Translations under genes and position numbers: made by a program
Notes under the pieces: generated by a model
What the model saw: only the letters and a program-made list of their open reading frames with translations
Told to the model about the DNA's origin: nothing
Databases searched by the model: none
Part shown: piece by piece, positions 10,787 to 20,539 of the stretch
Position numbering within the stretch: position 1 is the stretch's first letter
How the letters are laid out: each line of letters opens with the position of its first letter
Source: Deinococcota bacterium
Lineage (GTDB): Bacteria; Deinococcota; Deinococci; Deinococcales; Thermaceae
Direction: 5' to 3'
DNA length: 64,000 nucleotides
Assembly: GCA_041695225.1 (NCBI GenBank)
Contig: JBGFRI010000030.1
Location: 32,001-96,000, forward strand

Positions 10787-10959
10787 CCTGATCTCTTTCT
10801 AAGTAAGAGCAGCGACGTGGGGGCCTTCTCGGCCGCTTGCTGCGCCATGGAGCAGGTGGTGTCGTGAAACCCGCCTTCGATGTCCCGGCGCGCGGGCTCG
10901 AGGTCGTAGCCAGCCTGTTTGAACCAGCGTTCGGCTTCGGCTTTGCGTTTACCTGCCAT
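10783..10959 (-). pseudogene. Truncated HEPN-domain gene
   Basis: MAGKRKAEAERWFKQAGYDL...CSMAQQAAEKA, then the homology breaks off; overlaps the MNT stop. Confidence 0.75.
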
Positions 10960-11155
10960 AGATGAGCTGGGCCTCGTCCATTATGAGTTCGCTGAAGGCG
11001 TTGCCGCGCTGCTGCATCTCGGCCAGTTCGTCCGGGGTGTAAACCAGAACGTCGAGGTGGCCGAGCCCTGCGGGGAGGAAGCGTCGGACCTCCTGCAGGC
11101 GCTCGGGCTCGTAGGCGCTGAGCGCCGAGATGATGCGGGCATAGGGGGCTGCCAT
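10949..11155 (-). pseudogene. MNT nucleotidyltransferase with internal deletion
   Basis: Near copy of 23633-23995 lacking the segment that carries the GS and DxD motifs (AYEPE joined to RLQEV). Confidence 0.8.
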
Positions 11156-11409
11156 GGTACCTAGTCTACCCCAGGGGTGGCGCTGGTTAGGGTTCACACA
11201 GGCTCGCCTGGTCACCGTCTCCTCCTTACCCGGCGCCCTGGCCCTTTGATCGCTCGGCCCCGACCAACTTCCAGCCCTGAGCGCCCGGTTTTTCGCTGCT
11301 CGTTTGCCATGCGGCCCCAGAGGTATAACTGTGGCCCGAGGCCACGCGCCACAGTCTATCTGACCCACCAATCGAGTAGTGCCGCGTTTGCACTTTCGCC
11401 TTCGGCTCA

Positions 11410-11558
11410 CACCCCCACCTGACCTCCCCTATCGGGGGGTAGGATTTCCCTTATTTTTCCAATGTTGTCTTTCCTCTCCCCTGGGGGGAAATTAGAGCCT
11501 GCCCCGCATTTGATACGGGGGTGAGGGTTTAGAAGGGCAGCTTGGATGACCTTCAATA
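11410..11558. repeat. REP-like palindromic cluster plus a copy of the DUF559 3' end
   Basis: 11492-11558 matches 13912-13978 (TTAGAGCCTGCCCCGCA...GGTGAGGGTTTAGAAGGGCAGCTTGGATGAC). Confidence 0.8.
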
Positions 11559-11948
11559 AATTTGAGCAGGCATCTTACGACCTTTCTCCGTCCGATCAAA
11601 ATCGCTATCGAGGCTTATGATCTCCAAGCCGTATTTTTCGGCAACGACATACTGATAGGCATCGTCAAAATCCAGGCTGAATTGCCGCGCCACCACTGTC
11701 AGAGCCTCCATATCCTGAACCGAGAGCCGGAGCAGACGCACGCCACCGGTGACTATGAGGTCATCCACAAATTGCACAAAAGTTTCAAACAGGTTGCGGC
11801 GAAAAAGGACAATGCCTACAGAATAGAGCGAGAAGTCAGAGATATGCAGCCTCTCCCTCCGCATTGTTTGCAGAAGTCGTTCGATTTCATCTGCCTTATC
11901 CTGATCCAAAAGGAGTTCTAGAAAAATGTTGCTGTCCAGGAGATACAT
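11553..11948 (-). CDS. PIN-domain (VapC-like) toxin
   Basis: MYLLDSNIFLE, LDFDDAYQY and SLDSDFD acidic PIN motifs. Confidence 0.88.
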   Translation of the reverse strand: MYLLDSNIFLELLLDQDKADEIERLLQTMRRERLHISDFSLYSVGIVLFRRNLFETFVQFVDDLIVTGGVRLLRLSVQDMEALTVVARQFSLDFDDAYQYVVAEKYGLEIISLDSDFDRTEKGRKMPAQIY

Positions 11949-12163
11949 CAGTCCCCCCACCATTCACGAACCTTATGCTGAAGGTCCACCGATGTATATT
12001 TATCTCGCAAATCTCGCAACGCTCCCCTCCAGGCAAGCGTCAACTCGCCCTTTTTCTTTACCACTCGCTTCTCCAGCAGGAACTCCACAAAATCTCTTAC
12101 TTCCTCCTGGAGGTCTGGTGGCAAACGCTCTACTAATTCCCTTAGCGTTGACATACTTTTCAA
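11948..12163 (-). CDS. DUF2281-like antitoxin
   Basis: Small ORF (LPPDLQEEVRDFVEFL...WRGAL) translationally coupled to the PIN gene. Confidence 0.8.
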   Translation of the reverse strand: MKSMSTLRELVERLPPDLQEEVRDFVEFLLEKRVVKKKGELTLAWRGALRDLRDKYTSVDLQHKVREWWGD

Positions 12164-12406
12164 CCTCCTTCCGGTCTATTGAATACCCCCCTACTTTGGC
12201 CGCCAGAAAAACATAGTCTTTTTACCGTCTTAAAGAACTCCTCTAGCGCCTGCTGGTTTCTTCAGTCAGGCTCGGCCGATATCCTGCGAATCAGGATAGT
12301 ATAGCCTGCTTGCTACCGGCCACCAGCAAGTATGACCACTTTCGTTGCTCAGGACTCCTCTTTTAGCTCTGGTCAGCCTGATTAACCCAGTAAAGTTTAT
12401 AGAAGA

Positions 12407-12860
12407 AGCGACGAACCTCTTGCAGGCGCTCGGGCTCGTAGGTGCTGAACTCCGCGGCGATGCGGGCATAGGGGGCTGCCATGGGTTCTAGTCTACTTCA
12501 GGGGTGGCGCTGGCTAGGGTTCACGGAGGCTCGCCTGGTCACCATCTCGTCCCTGCCGGCGCTGCCTCGCCTCGAGGTTGGTGGCCACCATAGATTAGGT
12601 GATGGACTGGTGGGAGACGAGGGTGATTAATCCATACCCAGCACGCGCACGCCGATGCGCTGGAGGGTCTGGAGGATCGCCTTATGGCAGAGGGATGAAA
12701 GGGGCCGCATCCTCGGGAGGCAGTTTAACGGACCCGTGACGCAAGAGGAAAGGAGAGGCAGAGGCGGTGGGATGTGCGCCTGAGCGGGTGATAAGCCCCA
12801 TGATTAGCCGGAAGATGACAGGACTGGCAAGGGGGTGGGCGTTCCGGTGTTATCGCAAAG
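12407..12860 (-). repeat. Degenerate wzc-3'/promoter/MNT-5' segment, copy 2
   Basis: Matches 23810-24260 in pieces; 12660-12780 also matches 17030-17155. Confidence 0.85.
12592..12635 (+). mobile_element. 44-bp micro-insertion
   Basis: Absent from the source sequence GGCCACCAT|ACCCAG at about 24224-24238. Confidence 0.85.
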
Positions 12861-12901
12861 AGGTACCGCCATGAAGCATGCGTCAATTCACGAACGCCCT
12901 C

Positions 12902-12972
12902 TAATAACTCAAAGATCTTGCCCGCGAACTCGTACCAGGAGCACTGTCCGCTAGTGATAAGCTGATGATATC
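12902..12972 (-). pseudogene. Remnant of dTDP-4-dehydrorhamnose reductase (RfbD-like) C-terminal part
   Basis: Hand translation YHQLITSGQCSWYEFAGKIFELL. Confidence 0.6.
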
Positions 12973-13032
12973 ACTTGTTCATGCCAGTAAGGGCCTCTGC
13001 TACCATAATAGGTCGCTTAGTGGACCATTAGT

Positions 13033-13254
13033 TTATTGAGCACTTTGGGTTTGAAGCGTCACACTCACTTCTCCCAGTTGGGCCAGCCCGCGAACAGAAG
13101 CATTCAGAAATTCCACACTCACTGGCTCTCCATCCTCACCGTAGCTCACAATCACCCCTCCCGGCTCTTCGATAGCATCCACTGGTGGGGTATCGCGGAG
13201 CACCAGCAGGAGCACATCAGCTTCAGGATCGTATCGAATCCGCATCTTATTCAC
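13033..13254 (-). CDS. DUF2283-family small protein (putative antitoxin)
   Basis: IRYDPEADVLLLVL...GEPVSVEFLNAS. Confidence 0.85.
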   Translation of the reverse strand: MNKMRIRYDPEADVLLLVLRDTPPVDAIEEPGGVIVSYGEDGEPVSVEFLNASVRGLAQLGEVSVTLQTQSAQ

Positions 13255-13504
13255 CCCTCCAATATTTCTGGATTTTGCTTGTCTAGTAGACCGTTAGGAT
13301 CTTACGCCCTCCTTCGGTGTCCACAAAAGGAACGCGAAGCAAACCACTTCCCCTTCTTCCTTGAGCCACCGACACCCCACGGTCTCCGGCAACGACCTGT
13401 TCTGGAGCTGTGAGCAAATGTTCAACTTCTTGACGAGTAATCCTGAGCTTGTGCTCCCACTCCCTCTGGCGATCAGTCGCATGCCTCGTCCAAATGAACT
13501 CCAC
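13247..13504 (-). pseudogene. DUF4258/RelE-like putative toxin with premature stop
   Basis: WTRHATDR...ILTVY*TSKIQKYWRGE*; TAG at 13283-13285 where a Trp is expected. Confidence 0.7.
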
Positions 13505-13826
13505 CGCGTCACATCTCCACAGTTGGCAATATGATAACTTATAGGCCCCCGTTTGCAAACGACCCCTACTCACAGGCTTAGCTTCATCCCATCCACTCCT
13601 GCGTCCCTGCTACCACGGTCGCTACCCTCACCTTATCGTTGTTTAGCACTCGCTAGCAGCTCATCCGCCGCACTTGGTCCGTAGCATTACTATTGATTAC
13701 CACGCTACCCTGCTCCAGCATAACTCCCAGCAGGCTTATCCTGCGTCGCTCTGGCCGTTTATCGCCAAAAACACTCGTGCTGCTCTTCTCTGCTAGGACT
13801 GCCATTCTCGCTCGCTAGCGGTTCTC

Positions 13827-14267
13827 TCATTCCTCTAGCTTCCCCTTTCTAACGCTGCCTGGCCAGGCTTCCTTAACTTGTGTATAAATGGTAGCCCCTT
13901 GGGGGAGAGGGTTAGAGCCTGCCCCGCACTCGATGCGGGGGTGAGGGTTTAGAAGGGCAGCTTGGATGACGTTCAATATGCCCTCAATGTTGGTAAATAC
14001 TTCGCTAACCCAGAATCTCAGAACCCTATACCCCTCAGCCTTAAGCCATTCATCGCGGATTTTATCCTGCGGATTGTTGAAATGCTGACTGCCATCTAAT
14101 TCGACTACAAGCCTGTTTTCGAGGTTTACAAAATCCACCACATATCCGTCAATCGGATGTTGACGACGAAACTTGAAACCTTCCATCTGCCGACCTCTGA
14201 TGTGCCGCCATAAATACTGCTCTGTATCCGTGGAGTATTTCCTGAGCCTTCTGGCCGCACCGGTCAT
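13827..14267 (-). CDS. DUF559 endonuclease-domain protein
   Basis: ARRLRK, FKFRRQHPIDGYVVDF, VELDGSQH, GYRVLRFW; C-terminus runs into a REP-like repeat. Confidence 0.88.
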   Translation of the reverse strand: MTGAARRLRKYSTDTEQYLWRHIRGRQMEGFKFRRQHPIDGYVVDFVNLENRLVVELDGSQHFNNPQDKIRDEWLKAEGYRVLRFWVSEVFTNIEGILNVIQAALLNPHPRIECGAGSNPLPQGATIYTQVKEAWPGSVRKGKLEE

Positions 14268-14276
14268 GCTTATCAC

Positions 14277-14400
14277 ACCCCCACCCCTTTCCCTCCCCCT
14301 CAAGGGGGAGGGTTTCCCTTATTTTCCCAGAGTTATCTTCCCTCTCCCCTTGAGAATTATCTTCCCTCTCCCTAGGGGGGAGAGGGTTAGGGTGAGGGTG
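14277..14400. repeat. REP-like palindrome cluster (CCCTCTCCC...GGGAGAGGG type)
   Basis: CCCTCCCCC-TCAA-GGGGGAGGG hairpin and tandem TTATCTTCCCTCTCCC. Confidence 0.8.
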
Positions 14401-14452
14401 GCAGTCCGTCATAAAACTATTTGACATTACTCGTCCGCCGAATTTTATCAGT

Positions 14453-14683
14453 TTAACGGCATGTTTCAGAGGAATACCACTCATATGTCTGCTTCATCCC
14501 GTCTTCGAGCGAAGTTTTGGCCTCCCAGCCCAGAGCGCGTAGCCTAGAAACGTCCAGCAGCTTTCGCGGTGTGCCGTCCGGCTTATCTGTATTGAATGCT
14601 AGTTCGCCTTTCTATTCGACAATCCGTTTTATTTCCGCCAGTTCCCTTCTAGTCAAAATTCCCCGGTGCCAATGTTAATAAAA
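14453..14683 (-). pseudogene. fcl: GDP-L-fucose synthase 3' remnant
   Basis: FINIGTG...[37 protein letters not shown] with a frameshift and a stop. Confidence 0.85.
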
Positions 14684-14767
14684 GCAAATCTGTCTCTGAA
14701 AGTATTGAGCATTTTGCTCTGTTGCTGAGCGGACGAACTAAGGTTCCAAACGCTGGGCGGCGCGGTT

Positions 14768-15169
14768 TTAATATTGTTTTTCATCCGCGATTAGCCCCGC
14801 GATCTTGGCAACAAACGCCTTAACTTCCGCTGTCCACGGCAAAATATCCATTACCTCAAATTTCACCAGATCGGCATAATCCGACTTTTGACGGCTATCA
14901 AATAGCCTATCATACAGGTGGCCCATGGCTACTTCGACCAGGCCAGGTCTCACTATTTTTTGATGGAAGAGGGATCTGACACCACTATGCTTGGGTGAGG
15001 AGTGCCCCTTCATCAACAAGAGGGCTGATACAGCATAAAAACATGCATAGTAGAGACGGTTAACACAGGTATTGGCATGACCGGCATCCAGAAGAAGTTC
15101 GGCCTCGCGAATAGACTCATTAGCCCGATCCAGTCGATAATAAACCAGCTTACTTATTTCCTCGTTCAT
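14768..15169 (-). CDS. HEPN-domain protein (UPF0332-like)
   Basis: NRLYYACFYAVSALL, KHSGV, RQKSDY; coupled to the upstream MNT. Confidence 0.88.
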   Translation of the reverse strand: MNEEISKLVYYRLDRANESIREAELLLDAGHANTCVNRLYYACFYAVSALLLMKGHSSPKHSGVRSLFHQKIVRPGLVEVAMGHLYDRLFDSRQKSDYADLVKFEVMDILPWTAEVKAFVAKIAGLIADEKQY

Positions 15170-15516
15170 AGAGCGATACCCTCTCGCTCCACGTTCCGGA
15201 CGAAAGGCATGGCTTGATAGATGGGCGAGTACCAGTCTTCCTTGCCATAGCAGGTAACGGTTAAAACGGCTCCTGTTTCCAGCTCAAGGGGGTACAAGCT
15301 CTGGCGTATCCGGTCTTCTAACAGCCAGTTTGCCCTTTCCTTCAGCAGGATTAACAGGTCATAATCAGAGTCCGGCTTTGCATCTCCTCTGGCCCGGGAT
15401 CCATAAAGAATAACTGTCGCATCGGGAGCAATTGTTTTTACTGCCTCCCGGCAACGTGCAAGCAAAATACTACTATCTGGCGGCCCATCGCCATCATCAA
15501 CCGTTGGTCGGCTCAT
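15166..15516 (-). CDS. MNT nucleotidyltransferase antitoxin
   Basis: [20 protein letters not shown] 15516 follows a purine-rich RBS. Confidence 0.88.
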   Translation of the reverse strand: MSRPTVDDGDGPPDSSILLARCREAVKTIAPDATVILYGSRARGDAKPDSDYDLLILLKERANWLLEDRIRQSLYPLELETGAVLTVTCYGKEDWYSPIYQAMPFVRNVEREGIAL

Positions 15517-15559
15517 TACCCTGCCCCCTTCCTTCTTGGCACGAATTGATAAGTAATCG

Positions 15560-15700
15560 CTCTTTCTGCTTCTTTTGCACATACCAATCATAAGTCATCT
15601 TAATCCCATCCTCCAACGAAGTTTTGGCCTGCCAGCCCAAAGCGCGCGCCCTAAAAACATCCAGCAGCTTTCGCGGTGTGCCGTCTGGCTTATCTGTTTG
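15560..15700 (-). pseudogene. fcl: Second GDP-L-fucose synthase 3' remnant
   Basis: [39 protein letters not shown]. Confidence 0.85.
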
Positions 15701-15751
15701 CTCCCTTCCCGGCGCCCATGACTTAGCGTGCGGCCTTTACGCCGTCGCTCT

Positions 15752-16120
15752 TTAGGGTGCATCATCCCTCCCGTTCGTGGACTCGCTCCATACCTGGCCT
15801 TCTCGCAACACGCGCTCGCGAAACTGCGGCGCGCATCGTGACAGGTCGACGATATCGGCGTCGTAGAGGATGGGCGCTTCGGCCAGGCGTTCGCGCAAGG
15901 CCGCGAGCACCTCGGGCGGGAGGGGTGCCTGGGGTAAGACGGCAATGTCAATGTCCGAGCCGTGGGTTGCCTCGCCGCGGGCGAAAGAGCCGTAAAGGAA
16001 CACCTTGGCCGGGTAGCCTTGCAGCGCGGCCAATACCAGGGTTTTAGCCTCCTCGAGGTCGGGGGGATGGTGAGGCGCGGCTTTGGTGTTGCTCGCTTGG
16101 CGGGTGCCTCTAGCTTCCAT
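15752..16120 (-). CDS. MNT nucleotidyltransferase (partner truncated)
   Basis: LYGSFARGEATHGSDID; the overlapping partner start MERVHER stops after 9 codons. Confidence 0.85.
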   Translation of the reverse strand: MEARGTRQASNTKAAPHHPPDLEEAKTLVLAALQGYPAKVFLYGSFARGEATHGSDIDIAVLPQAPLPPEVLAALRERLAEAPILYDADIVDLSRCAPQFRERVLREGQVWSESTNGRDDAP

Positions 16121-16127
16121 ACCTTAA

Positions 16128-16460
16128 AGTCTACTCCAGGCCTGGCGCTGGCTAGGGTTCAGGGGGCTCGCCTGGTCACCGTCTCGTCCCTGCCGGCCCT
16201 GCCTCTCTTCCAGGTAGGTGGCGACCATAGATTAGGCGATGGACTGGTCGGAATCCATACCCAGACCCGCACGCCGAAGCGCTGGAGGGTCTGGAGGCGG
16301 CCTTGATGCCTCGCCTATCGGCCACCGGCAGGACGGGGGCCGAGTCAATGATGATGGCGTCATTCATAGCGCTGGCGCCAGGCGGCTAAGCGCTCGCGCA
16401 AGGCCTGGCCCAGGTGTTCGGTGGGGTTGGGCGCCTTCGAAGCTGGGGACGACCTCGAGG
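16128..16460 (-). repeat. Degenerate wzc-3'/promoter segment, copy 3
   Basis: Matches 24003-24489 with deletions; encodes IIIDSAPVLPVAD; contains a 30-bp deleted form of the 44-bp element (16229-16258). Confidence 0.85.
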
Positions 16461-16723
16461 CCATGGCAACGGGGCTGCCGGTGGTCACCACCAGCTACGG
16501 TCTTGGATCCATCCAGGCCAGGGGGGGTGTGGAGCTCGAGGTGGCCGATGACCCCGGCGCATTTGTGGACAAGGTGGCGGGGCTTTTACGTGATGAGGAA
16601 AGACGTAGGAAAATGGGCGCTGCTGCACGACAGTTTGTGATGGACAGGCATAGCTGGGAGGCGGCCGCCAGAAAAATAGAGCTGGTCTATGCCAGCCTGG
16701 TCAAGCAATGGGGGGTGTCTTGA
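16454..16723 (+). pseudogene. GT4 glycosyltransferase 3' fragment
   Basis: LEAMATGLPVVTT...MGAAARQFVMDRHSW; duplicated at 18493-18764. Confidence 0.85.
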
Positions 16724-16934
16724 CCTGCGCCAGGATCTTCCACAAGAGCACTGTGGCAGGCAACGCCGGCAAAACCTCCAGCCGGCAAGGCTTGGCCCGA
16801 GATAGGATGGGATGTTCGGCCCTTACAACGTAATCTCTGCATGAGAGGCAAATTTTACTTTAGTTGTAGGGCTTTCCTCAACAACCTCCAACCAGGGTAG
16901 CTTCCGGCTTATCAAGTTGGCTGGGCCACAGGGG

Positions 16935-17155
16935 GCGATCGCTCGGAGCGCCGTAGCAGTACCCGTACCCCCTACCGCTGCTGCCTGTCCTCGAGGCTGG
17001 CCACGGGGCCACACACGCACACCGTGGTGCGCTGGAGGGTCTTTAGGATCGCCTTTTGGCAGGGGGATGGAAGGGGCCGCAGCCTCGAGAGGCAGTTTAG
17101 CCGACTCGTGACGCAAGAGGAAAGGAGAGGCGGAGGTGGTGTGGTTATGCGCCTA
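16935..17155 (-). repeat. Degenerate wzc-3' segment, copy 4
   Basis: Pieces match 24092-24258 and 12657-12780. Confidence 0.75.
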
Positions 17156-17172
17156 CGGATCGAGATAAACGC

Positions 17173-17655
17173 TCAATCTGCTTCAGACTCGTTTTCCACA
17201 AGCCCTGGTAGATGATCTGTAAGCGGGTGATAAACCCGATGGTTTTCCTGTCTGACAACGTGGCATAGGGTGTTGTCCGCTGCAACGAAAAGCCAATCTT
17301 GCTCCGCGATCAGGGTAAACGCGGCCAGATGCAGGGCATCAAGGGTGCGCAGGCCCTCGGTCTGGCCGTACTTCCTGATGAGCCGCTCAGCTTCGCTGGC
17401 AAGGACTCTCCCTAGAGGTTCAACTTGAAACCTGGGGTACTCCTGGTCAAAGCCCCCGAGGGCGCTCTCGAGCTGGGCCTTGCTCAAACCGCCAGTTCGG
17501 TAATGCCGGAAGAGGGCGCTAATGAATTCGATACGGGCAAGTTCCATGATCCAGAGGGTGTTCTGCGGATTCTGGATCAGGGCCGTGACCTGCCTGGTAC
17601 CTTCTTCTTCGCGAAAGTACTTGACGAGTGCCGAGGTGTCAAAAAACACGTTCAT
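17173..17655 (-). CDS. PIN-domain VapC toxin
   Basis: FFDTSALVKY, LRTLDALHLA, FVAAD. Confidence 0.9.
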   Translation of the reverse strand: MNVFFDTSALVKYFREEEGTRQVTALIQNPQNTLWIMELARIEFISALFRHYRTGGLSKAQLESALGGFDQEYPRFQVEPLGRVLASEAERLIRKYGQTEGLRTLDALHLAAFTLIAEQDWLFVAADNTLCHVVRQENHRVYHPLTDHLPGLVENESEAD

Positions 17656-17864
17656 AGGCGCTCTTCACGAGCCATTAACACATCCTCGGAAAGGTCGGTG
17701 TGCAAGCCGGCAAGCGCTTTTCTGGTTTTTTCGTAACCTTTGCTTGCTGCTGGGCGAGCTGCTGGAGGCGTCCTCTTGAGCGCGTCGACGACTTGGGTGA
17801 CGGCGATGAGTTCGGCGGGAGACAGCTGTGCGATCTCTTCGATAAGCCTTTCTTTCAGCGTCAT
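17652..17864 (-). CDS. Small putative antitoxin
   Basis: 70 aa, ATGA overlap with the PIN gene, C-terminal LSEDVLMAREERL. Confidence 0.75.
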   Translation of the reverse strand: MTLKERLIEEIAQLSPAELIAVTQVVDALKRTPPAARPAASKGYEKTRKALAGLHTDLSEDVLMAREERL

Positions 17865-17966
17865 GTGTAACCTCGTTTCACGCCTTCATACGGCAGCGGC
17901 GCCGCTCCGGCGTCACGCCGCACGTCGGGTGTACTGGGCGCAGGAGGCCGCCTGGGCGACGGATCT

Positions 17967-18499
17967 GGCTCGTAGGCCTCGAACGCCGAGACGATGCGGG
18001 CATAGGGGGCTGCCATGCCACCAGTCTACAGCAGGCCTGGCGCTGGCTAGGATGCAGGGGGGGGTTGCCTGGTCGCTGTTTCCTCCCTGCCCGGCCCCTA
18101 GCTTCTTGATCGCTCGGCCCTGGCCGCCTTCCTGCTCGGCGCACCGTAGCCGTACCCGCTGCCGCCGCTACCTCCCTTCTAGGTTGGTGGCGACAATAGA
18201 TTAGTCTACGAACTGGTCGGAGACGAGGGGGATTAGTCCATACCCAGCACCCGCACGCCGATGCGCTGGAGGGCCTCGAGGGTGGCTTTCACGCTGCGCC
18301 GGTCGGCCTTGTCCAGGCTTACCACCACGCCGGCACAGGAGGGGCGATGGTCAGCGTATCGGCCACCGGCAACACGGGGGCCGAGTCAATGATAATGACC
18401 TGGTAGCGCTGGCGCCTGACATCTAAGCGCTCGCGGAAGGCCTGGCCCAAGAGGTCGGTGGCGTTGGGGGCGGCCTCGAAGCTGGGGACGACCTCGAGG
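17967..18499 (-). repeat. Degenerate wzc-3'/promoter/MNT-5' segment, copy 5
   Basis: Longest match to 23947-24489; contains the 44-bp element at 18198-18241. Confidence 0.88.
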
Positions 18500-18764
18500 C
18501 CATGACAGCGGGGCTGCCGGTGGTCACCTCCTACGTTGGCCTAGGGGTCCATCCGGGCCAGGGGATGTGGGGCTCGAGGTGGCCGATGACCCCGGCGCAT
18601 TTGTGGACAAGGTGGCGGGGCTTCTTCGCGATGAAGAAAAGCGTAGGAAAATGGGTGCTGCTGCGCGGCAGTTTGTGATGGAGAGGCATAGCTGGGAGCA
18701 GGCCGCCAGAAAAATAGAACTGATGTACGCCAGCCGGGTCAAGCAGTGGAGTGTCGGAAAATAA
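18493..18764 (+). pseudogene. GT4 glycosyltransferase 3' fragment, second copy
   Basis: Near duplicate of 16454-16723 with frameshifts. Confidence 0.85.
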
Positions 18765-18862
18765 CCCGATAGCTTAAATGCATAGGTCAGGGGTGAAGAT
18801 CGCAAGCCAAATGCCCGAATTCTTCGCTGGTGTACTTTCCATGTCGCCCTAGTCCAACCCGA

Positions 18863-18897
18863 GACCTGTGACCTGGGACTTGAGACCTGAGACATTT
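18863..18897. repeat. Heptamer tandem repeat (GACCTGN)
   Basis: GACCTGT GACCTGG GACTTGA GACCTGA GACATTT. Confidence 0.75.
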
Positions 18898-18922
18898 TCG
18901 AAGAGCGCGTATCGGACAGAAA

Positions 18923-19360
18923 TTACGTCAGTGAACCACTTGACAGGTAATCTTCTATCTCTCTCACATACTGGGGATATAGATTTCCAGCCGTTTTGAC
19001 CGCCTCGAGCACCAGCACGTGATCCAGCAGGTCATACTCATGCACCAGCCTGTTCCTGAGCCCTGCCGATGGCGCCAGTTTTTCGGCCAGATCGAACGCG
19101 AGGATCTTAAGTTCGCCGACTTTTATAAAACTTTCGTAATAGCTATCAGGAGGGGGACTACCGGTCTGGACGATTAAATGAGTGTTTATATCGATAGCCG
19201 CCTCGATCAGCTCCTGCAAGAGCCTTTCGGTGGCCTTCCTTTTGTATACGTCCTGGATGTAATCGGCCCTGGACATCCCTTCTATGGGCTTTAGAGCTTT
19301 CAGATTCTCGATTATGACGCCCAGTTTCCTCCTGACAATGGCTATTTCCACGGAGTTCAT
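18923..19360 (-). CDS. DUF86/HepT-like HEPN RNase toxin
   Basis: RNRLVHEY RX4H motif; coupled to the upstream MNT. Confidence 0.9.
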   Translation of the reverse strand: MNSVEIAIVRRKLGVIIENLKALKPIEGMSRADYIQDVYKRKATERLLQELIEAAIDINTHLIVQTGSPPPDSYYESFIKVGELKILAFDLAEKLAPSAGLRNRLVHEYDLLDHVLVLEAVKTAGNLYPQYVREIEDYLSSGSLT

Positions 19361-19806
19361 TGAAGTCCTCTCGAGCCCAAGTACCGGGCTATATAGGCTT
19401 GCTGGGCATCCCGCAGCTTTTTGGTGTCAAGGTAGCTCCTGACTGCCAGCGAGTAGAAGCTGTTAAAAAGACCCTCTCTCCTTTCGTAGAGCAGCCGCCC
19501 GTTGTTCACCGCCGAGTATCTTAGCAGTGGAGAGGCCCGCCTCAGGTCCACCACGTCTACACTGTCGGTCTGCAACAGCTTTGTGACCTGGTTGGTGAGG
19601 GAGAGAATATCCACCGGCCCTTCAAAAAGAAAAGCCAGGTCTATATCGCTCCTCTGGTGGGTTCGGCCCGTGGCGGCGGAGCCGAACAGAATGACCAGCT
19701 CCAAACCTTCTTCCTGAAACAAAGGGGCCAGCTTATCCTTTATCTCCTCAAAGGACAAAGGGGACGGACTGCTTTTTCTCATACCGGTTCCTCTTTTTAG
19801 TCTCAC
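19357..19806 (-). CDS. MntA-like adenylyltransferase antitoxin
   Basis: LFGSAATGRTHQRSDID, VDVVDL. Confidence 0.9.
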   Translation of the reverse strand: MRLKRGTGMRKSSPSPLSFEEIKDKLAPLFQEEGLELVILFGSAATGRTHQRSDIDLAFLFEGPVDILSLTNQVTKLLQTDSVDVVDLRRASPLLRYSAVNNGRLLYERREGLFNSFYSLAVRSYLDTKKLRDAQQAYIARYLGSRGLQ

Positions 19807-19939
19807 TCTCGGCCTTAGGGTAGATCTAAATCCACATCCCTGATTACCAGCAGGGGGCTATACATAAGCCTAGGATACCCCTTCTGTTATGAGCCAGCGC
19901 TCGAGGGCGGAGCCTTGACTGAAGGAGTGACCTGCGCCC

Positions 19940-20092
19940 CAGGAACTTGAGTTAGACTAAGCCGGGTATGAACGCGTCTACCCTGGTTGTGACCATCAAC
20001 CCCGCCATTGTGAGGGCTAAAGGCCGCCTCCGGTGGGTGGTTTTCTGTGCCTGGCATGGGCTGGCATGCTGCTGGTGGCGGTGCTTGCTGCC
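19940..20092 (+). pseudogene. Promoter and 5' remnant of the priming sugar transferase
   Basis: Matches 26581-26737 (RAKGRLRWV.F.AWHGL). Confidence 0.85.
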
Positions 20093-20172
20093 ACGAGCCC
20101 GGCCAGATACAAGCCGCAGGCGAAACGGGCTGGGTTATGGAAGAATACTGGCAAGCCCAGGGGCAGGCTTGA
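20093..20172 (+). pseudogene. 3' remnant resembling a Wzt-type ABC ATPase end
   Basis: GQIQAAGETGWVMEEYWQAQGQA*; related segment at 21366-21450 (EIQAEGEAGQVVEEYLKAQGQ). Confidence 0.55.
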
Positions 20173-20182
20173 GGTGGTGACG

Positions 20183-20524
20183 GTGAGTGAAATCACAAAG
20201 CACGCAGTTGACAGGGAAGATAGGGTCTTGGCGGAACTAAAAGCTGCTCTGCAGGGGTTTTTAGGTGAGCGGGTAAGGTTAATTCTCTACGGGTCAAAGG
20301 CAAGGGGAGATTATACCATTGAATCCGACACTGACGTCGCGATCATTGTCCAGGGTCTGACCAGGGAACTGAAGAATCAGATTCTAACGATGATTGGCGA
20401 AATAGAGATCGCCCATGATACACCCCTTTCTACCCTGGTGCTCTCAAAGAAAGACTTCGAACTCCTCAAAAAACGGGAGAGACGAATAGCCCTGGATATT
20501 GAGAGAGAAGGCATACCGCTATGA
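20183..20524 (+). CDS. Orphan MNT nucleotidyltransferase
   Basis: LYGSKARGDYTIESDTD, IEREGIPL; followed only by a 13-codon overlapping ORF. Confidence 0.85.
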   Translation: MSEITKHAVDREDRVLAELKAALQGFLGERVRLILYGSKARGDYTIESDTDVAIIVQGLTRELKNQILTMIGEIEIAHDTPLSTLVLSKKDFELLKKRERRIALDIEREGIPL

Positions 20525-20539
20525 TAACGGAGGCGCTAC

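Noticed and set aside
13560..13826. Purine-skewed spacer between the DUF559 and DUF4258-like genes
   Set aside because: I could not assign a gene remnant or repeat with confidence.
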